Assembly: GCA_964016885.1 (NCBI GenBank)
Contig: CAXHJY010000414.1
Location: 125,632-189,631, forward strand
Direction of reading: 5' to 3'
Source of the DNA: Eledone cirrhosa
Taxonomy: Eukaryota
DNA: 64,000 nucleotides
The position numbers and the translations under genes were made by a program. Below are positions 62,519 to 64,000 of this stretch, piece after piece (positions within the stretch are counted from its first letter, which is position 1; each line of letters begins with the position of its first letter). The notes under the pieces were generated by a model that did not search any database, was not told the origin of the DNA, and saw only the letters and a list, made by a program, of their open reading frames with translations.

Positions 62519-64000
62519 TTTAATTAATTAAATAATTTAGTTAATATAAGAAACCTGTCGATAAATCATTAGATTCATTCACCTTTTTCATTTTCTTTGG
62601 TTAAGTACCCAAGTATAAATTTTCTTCATAAATATAATTATAAATATAATAAACTATTCTAGAAAAGTTTATCCTTTCAATATCTGGAATAAAATATACA
62701 TAAGATAAATTTCTATACTAAACATATTATTTTAGCTTAGATTCATTTTATTTATATTTTTTTATTAGATTTTTATTAAATTCATTTTATTTTTTATTTT
62801 TTATTAGATTTGTTTTTATTCTGATAGCTTCTCATAATTTTTATTAGATTTATTTTTTTTATTCTGATAGCTTCTCATAATTTTCAAAAGTTTGTCCTCT
62901 CAATGTCTTGATTAAAATATACGTAAGATAAATTTCTATGCTAAATATATTAAACATATTATTTTAACTTGAAATATTCTATAATATTTTGGGATATTTT
63001 AGTATTTTGATGTTTGTAGAATTCGTTTGCCTTTTAAGTTATATTGATATAATTATAATCCTTTTGTATTTTATATACTCAATTGTACTATGTTATATGT
63101 TGATGTATACTTATGTCTATGTACGGCTTATGTATCTATATGTGTGGGTTGACATACATATACATGTGTTATAGGTTTTTTGTGATTATATGTCTGTCTG
63201 TATATATGCATGAGTGACGCGTGTATACCAATTGAAGATGCACACACATATCTATTCATGTATAGCTAAGAATTATGGGTGTGAATGTACAGGCTTACAC
63301 ATGCAGTTTTTGATTGCAGATATACATAACTTAACAGCCATAAATGCAGAAAAGTTAATCCTATATATTTGTATATATATACTAACATTTTTTAATTAAT
63401 AACACAAGGAGTGTATAGCAATAAATAAAAAATCACTTATGCTTTGTATGTATACATTGTGTGCGGGAGTAGATATAATGTGTATTTTCTGAGTGAGTGA
63501 GGAGATAAATATATATTTATGTACCTTTGCCTATGTATTTGTGATATACGATAGATAATCTCTCTAGCAATATATATATTTTGTAGTGTTTAAATTCCAA
63601 TTTTTAATATATTGATCTCAATTTTAAACTAAATATATAATCATAATTAAACAATGTCTAATTTCTCATATTATATATCTATATTCCATTCACGAATATT
63701 AATATTTCTAATTTTATTTATTCATTTCATCTCAATTGTTAACTCAACTTAATATAACATAACTTAAGGTTTTCGTTCTCTCCCCCCTCTCTCTATCTAT
63801 GCATATCCCTCTCTTGAGTTCTTTCTCTGTCTGATGTTTTGATATCTCCCCGTTATTTTTCCTCTGTTCTCTTTTCTTTTTTGCTTTCTTCTTTTTCTTT
63901 ATCTATCTTTCCCTTTCTTTTCTCAACGTTTCTCTCTCTCTCTCTCTCTATCTATCTCTATCTCTCTCTCTCGCTCTCCATCTTTTTACTTACTCTTAAC

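Overview
AT-rich, repeat-saturated eukaryotic DNA. The SINE/LINE and microsatellite content looks molluscan, probably octopus (inference). I see no supportable host gene; nearly all listed ORFs are (TA)n/(CA)n/(GA)n translation artefacts. The real coding remnants are retroelements: four Penelope-like elements (PLEs, RT and/or GIY-YIG), two CR1/L2-type LINEs and one RTE LINE. There are also tRNA-derived SINEs, a non-autonomous Helitron and MITE-like inverted repeats. The main hidden signal is about 20 intact or degenerate type I hammerhead ribozyme (HHR) motifs from roughly ten families. The most striking is a near-identical 591-bp tandem array (5.5 units plus one inverted partial unit, 32166-35788). 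Each unit carries an HHR with a compensatory U3-A8 core (UUGAUAA), a long stem II and a palindromic stem III, which fits a retrozyme-like or non-autonomous PLE element able to release 591-nt, possibly circular, RNAs. A second recurring pattern is head-to-head or fold-back insertion of these elements into (TA)n. All structures were read by eye and none was computed or tested.
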